A stretch of DNA of 64,000 nt from Candidatus Omnitrophota bacterium (GTDB taxonomy: Bacteria > Omnitrophota > Gorgyraeia > VGKH01). A program made the translations under genes and the position numbers. Positions 34,815 to 44,972 of this stretch are shown piece after piece. The notes under the pieces were generated by a model. That model was not told the origin of the DNA and did not search any database. It saw only the letters and a program-made list of their open reading frames with translations. The stretch is taken from assembly GCA_022703055.1 (NCBI GenBank), contig JAKLEP010000002.1, positions 22,247 to 86,246 on the forward strand. Direction: 5' to 3'. Position 1 is the first letter of the stretch. The number at the start of each line of letters is the position of its first letter.

Positions 34815-35293
34815 TTCTTGAGCTTCTTCTTGATCTCTTTCTCGACGAAAGACGGGACAAAACTAGATAAATCCGCGCCCAAACCAGCCGCTTCCTTTAA
34901 AAGTTTGGATGATAAAAAGGAATATTGTTCTGATGGCATAAGAAATATCGTCTCAATATCATCAGCCAGCCTTCTATTGGTGAGCGCCATCTGGAATTCA
35001 TATTCAAAATCGGAAATCATCCTTACTCCGCGGATAATCACGTTGATTTTTTTCTTTTTAGCAAAGTCAATGACCAGGCCGTCAAAATCCTCGACTGTAA
35101 TATTACTAATGTTCTTCACGGCTTCTTTAAGCATTGATACTCTTTCTTTAACCGAGAAAATCGGATTTTTGGCCGGATTATGGGCGACGGCAACGATTAC
35201 CTCTTCAAAAATCCCCGATGCCCGTTTAATCAAATCGATATGGCCGTAAGTAACCGGATCAAAACTTCCTGGATAAATCGCCTTCTGACACAT
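34811..35293 (-). CDS. coaD: Phosphopantetheine adenylyltransferase
   Basis: Start trimmed to MCQKAIYPGSFDPVTYGHIDLI… (161 aa); the longer ORF adds 39 non-conserved residues. GGGGGA RBS 8 nt upstream. Confidence 0.85.
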   Translation of the reverse strand: MCQKAIYPGSFDPVTYGHIDLIKRASGIFEEVIVAVAHNPAKNPIFSVKERVSMLKEAVKNISNITVEDFDGLVIDFAKKKKINVIIRGVRMISDFEYEFQMALTNRRLADDIETIFLMPSEQYSFLSSKLLKEAAGLGADLSSFVPSFVEKEIKKKLKK

Positions 35294-35319
35294 TAAACTT
35301 CCCCCTTCAATGAGCGCAT

Positions 35320-35339
35320 CCTTGACAAGCTTGTCAAGG
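35320..35339. promoter_or_regulatory. 20-bp perfect palindrome CCTTGACAAGCTTGTCAAGG upstream of coaD (operator-like, contains TTGACA)
   Basis: The sequence equals its own reverse complement; lies 27-46 nt upstream of the coaD start. Confidence 0.4.
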
Positions 35340-35354
35340 ATTTGCGCGAATTGA

Positions 35355-35407
35355 ACCCCGCCCTTTCTTACTGCGAAGCATAACTGCCGCACAAGAAAGG
35401 GCGGGGT
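35355..35407 (-). other. Strong stem-loop (15-bp perfect stem, 23-nt loop) between rsmD and coaD
   Basis: ACCCCGCCCTTTCTT…AAGAAAGGGCGGGGT; not followed by a U-tract on either strand. Confidence 0.4.
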
Positions 35408-35435
35408 CAAAATTCGACTGACAAACTTACGTTCA

Positions 35436-35999
35436 CTATCGTTCCGTAAATTTGGGCCTCATTTGATAAAAAGACACTAGCGTGTCTCCGTATTTCTTTT
35501 GTTTAAAAAGCTCTAAACTATCTGTCTTTTCAGGAATTATATCTTTTTTAAAATGCTGAATTATTACCAAACCAGAAGGATTTAATATATCACAAGAGCC
35601 TAAGCTTAGCAAGGATTTTTTCGCCAATTCTTGATAATATGGCGGATCTAAGAAGATAATGTCAAACTTTCGTTTTGACTGGGCAAATTGTTCGATAGCC
35701 GAGAAAGCATCTTTGGGTAAAACCTCGTAATTAACAATATTAAGCTTGGAAAGATTATCTTTTAAAATAGCAAGGGATTCGCGGTCGTTTTCCACAAACC
35801 AAACATTGGCTGCGCCGCAAGACAAAGCCTCAATGCCGACTGCCCCGGAGCCGGCGAATAAATCCAGAAACTGGACGCCAACAATAGCCTCGCCCAAGAT
35901 ATCAAATACGGCTTTTCTGGTCTTGTCCTGGGTAGGCCTTAAGCCCAGCTTGGGACTTTTTAAAAGCCGACCCTTTAGTTTTCCCGTTAGTACTCTCAT
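35436..35999 (-). CDS. rsmD: 16S rRNA (guanine966-N2)-methyltransferase
   Basis: 187 aa; FLDLFAGSGAVGIEALSCGA… and the FLDPPY motif. Confidence 0.8.
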   Translation of the reverse strand: MRVLTGKLKGRLLKSPKLGLRPTQDKTRKAVFDILGEAIVGVQFLDLFAGSGAVGIEALSCGAANVWFVENDRESLAILKDNLSKLNIVNYEVLPKDAFSAIEQFAQSKRKFDIIFLDPPYYQELAKKSLLSLGSCDILNPSGLVIIQHFKKDIIPEKTDSLELFKQKKYGDTLVSFYQMRPKFTER

Positions 36000-36000
36000 T

Positions 36001-38097
36001 TTATCCTATCAACATCAAATCCTGAAATTCAGGAAAAGTTTTGTTAAGTTTTTCTCGGATAACAAGATTCGTCCTCGATGACAAAGCTGGATCTTGCTCA
36101 ATTAATTTTATCGCCTCATCCCTTGCTTTCTGCAAGATATTGAGCTGGGTTATGGGATTGGCGATTTTAAGCTCGGAAAGTCCGTGCTGGCGTTGTCCGA
36201 AGAATTCACCGGGCCCCCTAATCTTTAAATCCTCTTCTGCGATTAAAAAACCGTCGCTCATGCTAGAAATCGCATTGATTCTGGCAATAGCATCAGGGCC
36301 TTTTGGATTAGCAATCAAAATGCAATATGACTGGTATTTGCCTCTGCCGATACGGCCGCGCAACTGATGCAGCTGAGCAAGTCCGAATCTTTCCGCATGC
36401 TCAATCACCATTACCGAAGCATTCGCCACATCGATGCCCACCTCTAATACGGTTGTCGCCACCAAAATATCAAGCTTGCCATTTTTAAAATCGATCATGG
36501 CCATATCCTGCTCCTGGCGTTTCATCCTGCCGTGAACCATGCCAAGGCGATAATCCTTAAAAGCGCCTTTTCTTAATTCCGCAAACATTTTCTGCGCAGC
36601 CTTTAATTCAAGAAAGTCGGATTCCTCAATAAGAGGATAAACAATATATGCCTGGCGGCCTTCTTTGATCCTTTCTTTAATGAAATCATAGACTTTCCCT
36701 AGTTTTTCTTCGGGATAAACTTTGGTCTCAATCGGAATTCTGCCCTTGGGGAGTTCGTCAATCACCGAAATATCCAAGTCTCCGTAAATAGTCATAGAAA
36801 GCGTCCGAGGAATCGGAGTTGCGGTCATAATCAAAACGTCAGGATTTGTGCCTTTCTTGGGAAGAAGTGCGCGCTGAGAAACCCCGAATTTGTGCTGCTC
36901 ATCGATAACCACCAAACCTAATTTCTTAAATTTTAATTCTTCCTGGATAAGAGCGTGCGTTCCGATAATTAAATCAATCCTGCCTTCCCGGATTTCTTTG
37001 TAGATTTTCTGTTTTTCTTTATCTTCCAGGCTGCTTGTCAACAAGGCCAAGTTTATTTTCTTAGAAAGACCCTTAATCTGTTTTTGGATATTCTCGAAAT
37101 GCTGATTAGCCAGGATTTCCGTCGGAACCATAAAAGCCGCCTGCCAGCCACCGAAGGATGCGATAATCGCAGCGATCGTGGCTACAACTGTCTTGCCCGA
37201 ACCAACATCGCCTTGCAATAATCTTTGCATAGGCTTCGAAGATCGCATATCATTTTTTATCTCCGCCAGAACTCTTTCTTGGGCGCTGGTAAGCTCAAAA
37301 TTCAGGCTATTAATGAACTCTGACAATGAATCTTCCTTAATTTTATGGGCGATGCCTTGTTTTTGCTTAGCCTGGAGTTTTCTTAAGGCGACGGGAAGCG
37401 AATAAAAGAAAAATTCCTCAAATGCCAGGCGCTGGTATGCCTTCTGCTGAATCTCTTTGTCTTGGGGAAAATGGATATTGATTAAACTCTGGGCGAGGTT
37501 GAGCAAATCCTGGCGCTTGCGGATATCGTAAGGCAACGGCTCCTCAATCTTAGAGATAAATTTATCCAGCGTCTGCTTAACCAGTTTCCTAAAATACCTC
37601 TGGGTTATACCTTCGGATAAAGGATAAATCGGAACCATCCGGCCCAGGCTCAAACTCTCTGCCTCTTTATCTTTTTCATCAAGGACTTCAAATTCCGGCG
37701 AATTCATCTGCAGTGCGCCTTCGTATTCTTCAACACGGCCATAAAGAATCACACTTTGTCCATTTTTAAAAAGCTTCTTTAAATACGGCTGATTAAACCA
37801 GACAGCTGTTATCTTCCCAGATTTGTCACGAATCATAAGCTGAAAAATGCTAAAGCCTCGCCGCCTCCAAGACCTTCTCTCGCCTTTTATAAAAACTTCG
37901 CCCTTAATCGTCTGATATTCGTTCTCTTTGAGCTGGCTTATTGAAACAAAATTAGTTCGATCTTCGTATCGTCGAGGAAAATAATAAAAAAGTTCTTCGA
38001 TGGTCTCGATCCCAAAGTTTTTTAAGATTTTCGATCTTTTGGGGCCAACGCCCTTGAGATACTGAATCGGACTGTCTAATTTATTATCTTGAGGCAT
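36001..38097 (-). CDS. recG: ATP-dependent DNA helicase RecG
   Basis: 698 aa; wedge domain, Walker A GDVGSGKT, DEQH box, helicase C motifs. Confidence 0.9.
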   Translation of the reverse strand: MPQDNKLDSPIQYLKGVGPKRSKILKNFGIETIEELFYYFPRRYEDRTNFVSISQLKENEYQTIKGEVFIKGERRSWRRRGFSIFQLMIRDKSGKITAVWFNQPYLKKLFKNGQSVILYGRVEEYEGALQMNSPEFEVLDEKDKEAESLSLGRMVPIYPLSEGITQRYFRKLVKQTLDKFISKIEEPLPYDIRKRQDLLNLAQSLINIHFPQDKEIQQKAYQRLAFEEFFFYSLPVALRKLQAKQKQGIAHKIKEDSLSEFINSLNFELTSAQERVLAEIKNDMRSSKPMQRLLQGDVGSGKTVVATIAAIIASFGGWQAAFMVPTEILANQHFENIQKQIKGLSKKINLALLTSSLEDKEKQKIYKEIREGRIDLIIGTHALIQEELKFKKLGLVVIDEQHKFGVSQRALLPKKGTNPDVLIMTATPIPRTLSMTIYGDLDISVIDELPKGRIPIETKVYPEEKLGKVYDFIKERIKEGRQAYIVYPLIEESDFLELKAAQKMFAELRKGAFKDYRLGMVHGRMKRQEQDMAMIDFKNGKLDILVATTVLEVGIDVANASVMVIEHAERFGLAQLHQLRGRIGRGKYQSYCILIANPKGPDAIARINAISSMSDGFLIAEEDLKIRGPGEFFGQRQHGLSELKIANPITQLNILQKARDEAIKLIEQDPALSSRTNLVIREKLNKTFPEFQDLMLIG

Positions 38098-38139
38098 ATT
38101 TGCTATTTATGAAGGTAAATTGCGGATTGAAATTAAATC

Positions 38140-38559
38140 TTACTTCAAAAGGATTGTGCCTAACACTATCAGGCCTACTCCTGAGATTTTAGCAATAGAG
38201 ATTTTCTCGGATAAAAATAACACCCCTAAAATAAAGGAAATAATCGGATAGCCCGCTGCCACCGGCACCACTTTGGATAACTCTCCGAATTTTAAAGCCC
38301 GATAAAAAAACATTTGTCCCACAACGCTGGCCAGTATCCCTCCCAGCATAATAAAGATAGCTGCCTGCGGCTTAGCCACAATAGCCTCTTTTACGGTTTG
38401 AGACCTGAATATAACTACCAAGATTAACCCCAGGATTACTCCCAGGCATCTTATTATCAAACCGGGAAAAGGCTCGATTTTGGAAAGCCCAAATTTCTCA
38501 AATAGCGGCGCAGCGCCCCAGAAAAATGCCGTTAACAATGCCCAATAAAATGGTTGCAT
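38140..38559 (-). CDS. Small EamA-like (DMT superfamily) 4-TM membrane protein
   Basis: 139 aa; four hydrophobic helices; …LLTAFFWGAAPLFEKFGL…. Confidence 0.55.
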   Translation of the reverse strand: MQPFYWALLTAFFWGAAPLFEKFGLSKIEPFPGLIIRCLGVILGLILVVIFRSQTVKEAIVAKPQAAIFIMLGGILASVVGQMFFYRALKFGELSKVVPVAAGYPIISFILGVLFLSEKISIAKISGVGLIVLGTILLK

Positions 38560-38560
38560 A

Positions 38561-38965
38561 TTACTCCTTATCTTTTAAATGCTTTTTGATCTCTTCCTCA
38601 AACCTCTGTCTGTAGCCATGCTCAAAAACATCATTAAAATCGTAAATGTTTTTAAAATCTTCGACGCTGTCTTCGTCGGTCTTTTTTAGAAGGCCATTAT
38701 TAACCATATTAAAAACGATATGGCCGAAATCCTCGGTCTTAGTTATCCCCCAATGCTCAAGGACTGATTTTGCCATGGTCCCAAATTCTTCAAAAGCGTA
38801 ATCCTTGATTCCCTCAAGAAGCTCTTGACCGGTGATATGCCCTTGCCTACGGAAGCGTTTCTGAGTAAAAGAAAGCGACCGCATCACAAATTCATAGGCT
38901 TCTTCCTTATAGCGGGGGTCTTTCTCTACAATCTCTTCAATTTTACTAAAAAAATCTTCCTTCAT
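38561..38965 (-). CDS. Hypothetical conserved protein
   Basis: 134 aa; acidic, no TM; 2-nt spacing to the downstream gene. Confidence 0.45.
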   Translation of the reverse strand: MKEDFFSKIEEIVEKDPRYKEEAYEFVMRSLSFTQKRFRRQGHITGQELLEGIKDYAFEEFGTMAKSVLEHWGITKTEDFGHIVFNMVNNGLLKKTDEDSVEDFKNIYDFNDVFEHGYRQRFEEEIKKHLKDKE

Positions 38966-38979
38966 AATAACCTTTTAGC

Positions 38980-39291
38980 TTAACAGATTTTACCGTGCTT
39001 GTAAGGCCTTTTGCGGTTTTTGACCATCTTTTTTTCGATTTCCTTTAGGATATCGATTTTTAATCCGCCACACAAATCAAAAAGCCGGATAAAGGTATCG
39101 GCGATCTCTTCGTTGAAATTCTCCTTATCTTGTTTACGGTAAGCCTCCATTGCTTCGGAAATCTCGGTAACGATAAGCATGAGCATCTCTCCGATATTTC
39201 TTTTATCATCCCAGAAGCCTTTCTGGCGGGCGATCTTATGACATAATCTGGATAAACTTTTTAGGTCTGATCTTAGTTTGGTCTTTTTCAT
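38980..39291 (-). CDS. MazG-like nucleotide pyrophosphohydrolase domain protein
   Basis: 103 aa; …EMLMLIVTEISEAMEAYRK…EEIADTFIRLFDL… EExxE/D motifs of the MazG fold. Confidence 0.65.
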   Translation of the reverse strand: MKKTKLRSDLKSLSRLCHKIARQKGFWDDKRNIGEMLMLIVTEISEAMEAYRKQDKENFNEEIADTFIRLFDLCGGLKIDILKEIEKKMVKNRKRPYKHGKIC

Positions 39292-39400
39292 CTTTTATGC
39301 TCTCCTCGTATCAAATTTTGCCGAAATTCATTAAAGAATATAATAACTTAAACTCGTAAAGAAATCAAGAAAGAATGCACTATAAAATAGTAATAAATAA

Positions 39401-39444
39401 TAGGGCCAGGCAATGGATTAAATATAATTAGTTGCCTGGCCCTA
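39401..39444 (-). terminator. Intrinsic terminator after the sigma/anti-sigma operon
   Basis: 13-bp perfect stem TAGGGCCAGGCAA…TTGCCTGGCCCTA followed on the minus strand by a T-rich tract. Confidence 0.5.
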
Positions 39445-39453
39445 ATATAACTA

Positions 39454-40809
39454 CTATCGCCTAAATAACCTACCGAATAAATATTTGATCACTAACACTG
39501 CCACACCAACCACAACAAGCCAGAAGATTAATGCAAGCGCCACCGGCACAGCTTTAGCAAACAACTTAATTGCATTAATAGAAGTAGTCAATAGCATTTC
39601 TTTGATTATACGCTTGGTCTCATTTAATACCTTAGCAGAAACTTCCGGCTCATGGAAATTAAGCGTAACCGTAGTGAAAGCGACCTGATTATTGAGATAT
39701 TCAATACGATTCTTGAGTGTTTCAATCTCGCTTACTATAGGCGCCAATTCCCTTTCTATCCTTACCGCTTCGGGAATAGTAACTTTTCTTTCTTTAAGCG
39801 CATCAAGCATTTTGTTGTAGACAATTATCTTGGCATCTAACTGCGCCTTAAGATTGGCATATTCCTGGCTCACATCTTGGCTAGTAGAATTGACTCCTTC
39901 GACTTTACCAAGCTTACTGAGCTTATCTAAAGCGGTATCAAATTTCTCTTTTGGGATCCGCATAGTGATAGTTCCAGCCTCGCGGCCTTCCCTATCCTTA
40001 TAGAAGGATGAATTGGAGATAAAGCCTCCTAATTCCTGAGAAATCTGCAGCGCCTGCTGATAGGTATTCTGGCCATTTTCTACTTCGAGGCTGATATTAC
40101 CAATACGAATAATCATCTGGCCTTGGCCAGTAGCCGGCAATATGGGCTGGATCACAATCACAGATGTCTCTTGTCCAGTAGGCTCATTATATGGAGTTGA
40201 CGCTGTCGCGCGAACCATCCCAAATGCTGATCCGTCATATTCAGCTCTAAAGGACTCTTTTCCACCGAGCGCTAATACTTTAGCTTCATCTACCGCAAGT
40301 CCATTGATTGGCTTGCCACCGAATCTTCTGCTAACCGATTTTCCAAACCCAAGCTGCTTCTGGTCTCCAAGATCCCAATACGAAGTCTCTGAAACAGGAC
40401 TATTTAAAGTAGTTGAATAAAAATACTTATCAATCCTGCCGGAGCTTACCGGTTTTCCTTGATAGCTCCTCTTTATAAACGGCTGCATTCCCACAGCTAC
40501 TATCAAAAACAAAATCCCAACGATTACTCCCGAAGGAACCAAAATTGCCAATGGTCTGGTCTTCATGTTAACGCGCCCCCCTTCAAGCTCCTGGCGTAGG
40601 ATTTCACTCATAATAGACGCGTCAAAATCTTCCTTTAGGCTAGGCTCGGGCAATGTCTTAATCTTTTCTGAGACTAGGCGTAATTTTGCCAGTTCTTCAG
40701 CGCAAGTTTTGCATTCACTAAGATGATTATAAACCGCTAACTTTTCTTTATCGGAAAGCTGGTCATCCAGATAAGCGCTCAATTCTTTTAAGACATGTCT
40801 CTTATACAT
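39454..40809 (-). CDS. Anti-sigma factor (zf-HC2 N-terminus, TM, C-terminal DUF4349-like domain)
   Basis: 451 aa; LSECKTCAEEL zinc-finger anti-sigma motif, one TM, long periplasmic/coiled-coil region, C-terminal TM; overlaps the ECF sigma stop. Confidence 0.7.
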   Translation of the reverse strand: MYKRHVLKELSAYLDDQLSDKEKLAVYNHLSECKTCAEELAKLRLVSEKIKTLPEPSLKEDFDASIMSEILRQELEGGRVNMKTRPLAILVPSGVIVGILFLIVAVGMQPFIKRSYQGKPVSSGRIDKYFYSTTLNSPVSETSYWDLGDQKQLGFGKSVSRRFGGKPINGLAVDEAKVLALGGKESFRAEYDGSAFGMVRATASTPYNEPTGQETSVIVIQPILPATGQGQMIIRIGNISLEVENGQNTYQQALQISQELGGFISNSSFYKDREGREAGTITMRIPKEKFDTALDKLSKLGKVEGVNSTSQDVSQEYANLKAQLDAKIIVYNKMLDALKERKVTIPEAVRIERELAPIVSEIETLKNRIEYLNNQVAFTTVTLNFHEPEVSAKVLNETKRIIKEMLLTTSINAIKLFAKAVPVALALIFWLVVVGVAVLVIKYLFGRLFRR

Positions 40810-41386
40810 TACAACCTCCGGTTTCTTTGATAAACGGAAGTAATTTTTCTTTTAAATTCAACCTCGCCCTGTGGATTAACGTCTTTACTGTGCCAAGAGA
40901 TTTCTTTAAGATTCTTGCTATTTCATCGTAATCTAGTTTTTCAAATTCCCTTAAAAACAACGCTTCCCTTTGGAGAAGAGGAAGAGTTTTAACGCAATCT
41001 CTTACTATTCCTGACAATTCGTCAGTATAAACTGTCTCGTCCGGAGAAGGATCGGGACTTGCAAATTCTGCTAATTCCTCGCTGTCTTTATTCTTTGTCG
41101 GCCAAGGTAAAAACCTTCTCTGCCTTCGCCAACGGCTTATAAAGACATTGTGGGCAATGCTAAATATCCAGGTAGAGAACTTTCCGGAAGGCTGATAACT
41201 CATCCTGTTTTTGTGCACTCTTAAGAAAACCTCTTGAGTGATATCCTGCGCTTCAGCCATATTCAGGCTTAGGCGAAAGACAAATCGGTAAACCGGATTT
41301 TTATACCGCCTTAAGAGCTCATCCATGGCCCGGTATTCTCCCTGCTGGTACTTTAGCATTAACTCGTTATCATTCAGATTTTGCAT
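40802..41386 (-). CDS. ECF-subfamily RNA polymerase sigma-70 factor
   Basis: 194 aa; region 2 (…AQDITQEVFLRVHKN…) and region 4 (…LKKSLGTVKTLIHRARLNL…). Confidence 0.85.
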   Translation of the reverse strand: MQNLNDNELMLKYQQGEYRAMDELLRRYKNPVYRFVFRLSLNMAEAQDITQEVFLRVHKNRMSYQPSGKFSTWIFSIAHNVFISRWRRQRRFLPWPTKNKDSEELAEFASPDPSPDETVYTDELSGIVRDCVKTLPLLQREALFLREFEKLDYDEIARILKKSLGTVKTLIHRARLNLKEKLLPFIKETGGCNV

Positions 41387-41504
41387 CTTAAAGCCCTTTT
41401 CTCTTCTCCAACTATTAAACGCACAAGGCGATAAAAAGTTTCAATTTATTTTTGCTTGTCTAATTCTACCCCTGCTTGCATTGTTTTGCAATGCAAAAAT
41501 AAAG

Positions 41505-41538
41505 GCGGCTCCGACTTTAGTTAAAGTCGGAGCCGCCC
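41505..41538 (-). terminator. Intrinsic terminator after the RND efflux operon
   Basis: 16-bp perfect stem GGCGGCTCCGACTTTA…TAAAGTCGGAGCCGCC followed on the minus strand by TTTATTTTTG. Confidence 0.55.
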
Positions 41539-41560
41539 AATCATAACCTCAAATATCGTA

Positions 41561-41854
41561 TTACGTTACGTCTTTCAGCTCCCAGACAAATGCCTTAACG
41601 CCTTCTTTACCTAATTTGGTACGTAATCCTTTCACACAGCTAACCAATTTCTCGGCTTCAGCTTCTTTACAGGCAACATACAGAATATTATTCCGCCCTG
41701 GCCAGATATCATCTCCCATATGAGTTCCAGAGGTTTCCCCAGAACCATAAACACCGGTAATCTTGGTATAATTCTTCACCGGACATTTAGCCATAACCTC
41801 CATTACTTCTAAATCAATTGCTTCATTATAGACAATCATAACCATACGGTTCAT
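41561..41854 (-). CDS. Small PII-like (DUF190/COG1993-like) protein, last gene of the efflux operon
   Basis: 97 aa; …ITGVYGSGETSGTHMGDDIWPGRNNILYVACKEAEAEKLVSCVKGL… resembles the GlnB-like fold pattern of DUF190. Confidence 0.45.
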   Translation of the reverse strand: MNRMVMIVYNEAIDLEVMEVMAKCPVKNYTKITGVYGSGETSGTHMGDDIWPGRNNILYVACKEAEAEKLVSCVKGLRTKLGKEGVKAFVWELKDVT

Positions 41855-41855
41855 T

Positions 41856-44800
41856 CTACTTTGCCTCCTTCATTGCTGCTTTTCTATGAAAGATAGCATA
41901 AAGCGTAGGTACAAAAAGTAAGGTAATCAAGGTCGAGACTAACAATCCTCCAAACATGGTAATACCCAAAGGACGCCAAGTCTCAGAACCAACACCCGTC
42001 GATATGGCTAGAGGCAATAAACCTGCCAGGGTCGTAATGGTAGTCATCAATACCGGCCTCAGCCTATCCTTGCCAGCGTTAGTGACTGCTTCGCGCATGG
42101 ACTGTCCACGCGCCCGCAGTATAATAATATAACTAATCAAGACAATGGCATTATTAACTACTATACCTATGAGCATAATTGCTCCTAAATAACTTATAAT
42201 ACTCAAAGTAGTGCGGGTCAAAAGGAAGCCTAGAACAACTCCGATAAAAGTAAAGGGAATAGAGAACATTATTATAAACGGATCCAGCAATGATTCAAAC
42301 TGCGCAGCCATGACCATATACACTAAAGCCATGCCCAGTAGCAACAAAAGCCCAAGATCATGAAATGCTTTTTTCTGCTCTTCTGCCTCACCGCCAATAT
42401 TTATTGATATGTCGGCAGGCAAAACTATAGAACGCATCTCTCTTTTAATATCTTCAACGATTTTACCAGTGGAACGATTGTAAGCATTGCACTCTACCCT
42501 TACCACTCTTTCTCTGTTTTGACGATCAATCTGCAGCGGACCTGAAGCTTCATAAATTTTAGCTATATTGGAAAGCTTGACTTGAGTATTTGTAACCGGA
42601 GATACAATAGATAAATTCTCAAGATCTTCTATCTTCTGCCTAGAAGACTCTTCCAGCCTGACATAAATATCATAGGTTTCTCCTTTTTCGCGATACTTGG
42701 AAGCGGTTGAACCTTGAATATAAGTCTTCATGCTATTAGCGATAATATTCATGTTTAAACCTAAACTGGCAGCTTTTTCTCTATTTATTTCTATCCTTAG
42801 TTCGGGTAGATGCAAATCACGAGAGATAGACACATCCACGGTTCCGGGTATCTTCTCCATTATGCTTTTAATATCATTTGCTACTTTATTGGTATCTTCA
42901 AATGAATGGCCGATGATCTCCACCTGTACGGCTTTCCCACCCATGCCGGTAATCATTCTACCAATAGGATTACCAACCTGGACATCGATCTTTAAAACGC
43001 CTGGTATCTGTTTTATCTGCTCGCGCAGCAACTGAGCGACATCCCAAGCTGAACGCTTACGTTGAGTTTTAGGCACTAGCTTTACTCCGGCAGTAATAAC
43101 ATTCTCTCCAGAAATCTGCCCCATGGCTCTACCTCTGCCAGGAACCTCGCCTGTACGGGCATAGTAAAATAACGACTCAGAGATATCCTTCTTCATTATG
43201 GTCTCAATTCTTCTTGCAACCTTATCACTTTCTTCCAATCGGGTACCTAAAGGAAGCTCTATAGTCAAACGAACATCTCCCGTATCTTCCTCGGGGGCGA
43301 ATTCATTGCCTACAAAAGGCAAGAGCAACATTGTGGCTAAGAACGCGGCCGAGAATCCGATAATAACTGTTTTTTTATGGCGCAGGCACCAATCTAGCCT
43401 GCGCGAATAGAATTCCTCCCAAGATTTGAACATATTTTCTGAGATAGCATAGAACTTAGCAAGCCATTTAGATTTTTTGTTAGGATCATACGTGGTAGTC
43501 ATCCATTGAGAACAAAGCATAGGGCTAAAGGTAGCGGCGGTAAACAAAGATCCTATAAGAGTAACCGTTACAATCACGGCAAGTTCGCTAAAGAAAATGC
43601 CGATTACGCCAGGAATAAAAAGCATGGGCAAGAAAACAACTACAGTAGTGAAGGTTGAGGCGGCAATAGCCAGAAACATTTCCTGGGTTCCAAAAATCGC
43701 GGCTTCAGTTGGGCGGTTACCTCTCTCTAATTTTCTATACACGTTATCAACGACAACAATGGCATTGTCTACCACCATGCCTGCTGATATAGCCAAAGAA
43801 GAAAGGCTAATAGTATTAATAGTACGCCCGCTCAAGAAAAGATAAATAAAAGATATAAGCAACGAGAAAGGAATAGTCAAAGCGATTATCAAGCTTGGTA
43901 AGAACTGGCGCAAGAAAAACCAAACAACCAATACGACTAAAACAATAGCGAAATAGACTGCGGATTTTAGAGAATTAAGCGAATCTATAATATCCTGCGA
44001 AGTATCAAAAATAGGGTATATCTTAATATCGCGCGGTAAAATACCTTCCAATTCTTTAAGTTTTTTCTTCACCCTAGCTGCCACTTCGACGGTATTTGTA
44101 TCTGATTGCTTCTGAATCATCATCATTAAACCGCGTCGCCCATTAATACGTACATTAAGCGTGACTTCTTTAAAGCTATCCTCTACCCTGGCCACATCTT
44201 TAAGGTAGACGGTTTTCCCGTCGCGTTTTCCTAAAATTACGGAATTGATTTCCTCGGGCGAAGCGAATTCACCGGGCAGACGGAGAAGATAATCTGATAA
44301 TCCGCTTTTTAATTTGCCTAGAGGCTGAGAAATGTTTTCCTGGGCGAGGACATTCTGTATATCAAGAATGGAAAATCCATATCCTTCCAATCGCTGCCTA
44401 TCCAGCCAGATATTAATCTGGCGCTCCAGGCCTCCGAAGAGTTGCACAGTTCCAACACCTGGTAGCTGCCTTAACGCATCGCCAACTCTTTTATCTATCA
44501 ATTCATATAATTCTTTATAAGACTGGTCAGCAGTGATGCCTAAGAAAAGAATCGGAATACTGGAAGTGTTAAATTTAAATATATAAGGATTATCCATTTC
44601 GTCCGGGATATCAGGCAATTCACGTTTGGTCAAGTCAATACGGTCACGCACATCATTGGAAGCAGCATCGATATTTGTTCCCCAGATGAATTTAAGAGTA
44701 ATTATGGATGCGCCTTCTGAAGAAGTGGAAGTTATTTTCTCGAGGCCTGGGGTAGTGGCGAGCTGATTTTCCAACGGCTCAGTGACCTTCACCTCTACGT

Positions 44801-44972
44801 CTTCGGGGCTCGCCCCGGGATATGCGGAAACTACCGTGATGACCGGAGGTTCTATTTTAGGCATGCTATCAATGCCTATGCGGGAAAGGCTATACATAGC
44901 GAGGACAATGATTGCCGAGAATATCATTAAGTTGGTAACGGGCTTTCTTACTCCGAACTCAGGTAGTTTCAT
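41856..44972 (-). CDS. RND efflux transporter permease (AcrB/CzcA superfamily)
   Basis: 1038 aa; 12 TM helices and two large periplasmic loops. Confidence 0.9.
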   Translation of the reverse strand: MKLPEFGVRKPVTNLMIFSAIIVLAMYSLSRIGIDSMPKIEPPVITVVSAYPGASPEDVEVKVTEPLENQLATTPGLEKITSTSSEGASIITLKFIWGTNIDAASNDVRDRIDLTKRELPDIPDEMDNPYIFKFNTSSIPILFLGITADQSYKELYELIDKRVGDALRQLPGVGTVQLFGGLERQINIWLDRQRLEGYGFSILDIQNVLAQENISQPLGKLKSGLSDYLLRLPGEFASPEEINSVILGKRDGKTVYLKDVARVEDSFKEVTLNVRINGRRGLMMMIQKQSDTNTVEVAARVKKKLKELEGILPRDIKIYPIFDTSQDIIDSLNSLKSAVYFAIVLVVLVVWFFLRQFLPSLIIALTIPFSLLISFIYLFLSGRTINTISLSSLAISAGMVVDNAIVVVDNVYRKLERGNRPTEAAIFGTQEMFLAIAASTFTTVVVFLPMLFIPGVIGIFFSELAVIVTVTLIGSLFTAATFSPMLCSQWMTTTYDPNKKSKWLAKFYAISENMFKSWEEFYSRRLDWCLRHKKTVIIGFSAAFLATMLLLPFVGNEFAPEEDTGDVRLTIELPLGTRLEESDKVARRIETIMKKDISESLFYYARTGEVPGRGRAMGQISGENVITAGVKLVPKTQRKRSAWDVAQLLREQIKQIPGVLKIDVQVGNPIGRMITGMGGKAVQVEIIGHSFEDTNKVANDIKSIMEKIPGTVDVSISRDLHLPELRIEINREKAASLGLNMNIIANSMKTYIQGSTASKYREKGETYDIYVRLEESSRQKIEDLENLSIVSPVTNTQVKLSNIAKIYEASGPLQIDRQNRERVVRVECNAYNRSTGKIVEDIKREMRSIVLPADISINIGGEAEEQKKAFHDLGLLLLLGMALVYMVMAAQFESLLDPFIIMFSIPFTFIGVVLGFLLTRTTLSIISYLGAIMLIGIVVNNAIVLISYIIILRARGQSMREAVTNAGKDRLRPVLMTTITTLAGLLPLAISTGVGSETWRPLGITMFGGLLVSTLITLLFVPTLYAIFHRKAAMKEAK

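Noticed and set aside
34811-35410. The 199-aa form of coaD
   Set aside because: The conserved PPAT N-terminus (M-x-x-A-I-Y-P-G-S-F-D-P) begins at the internal Met 39 codons downstream, which has its own RBS. The upstream extension covers the palindrome/hairpin region.
870-44520. Many short plus-strand ORFs embedded antisense in long minus-strand genes (for example 877-1059, 1347-1535, 4884-5264, 7459-7785, 15819-16133, 42730-43035)
   Set aside because: They fully overlap well-supported conserved genes on the opposite strand and have no RBS or family resemblance.
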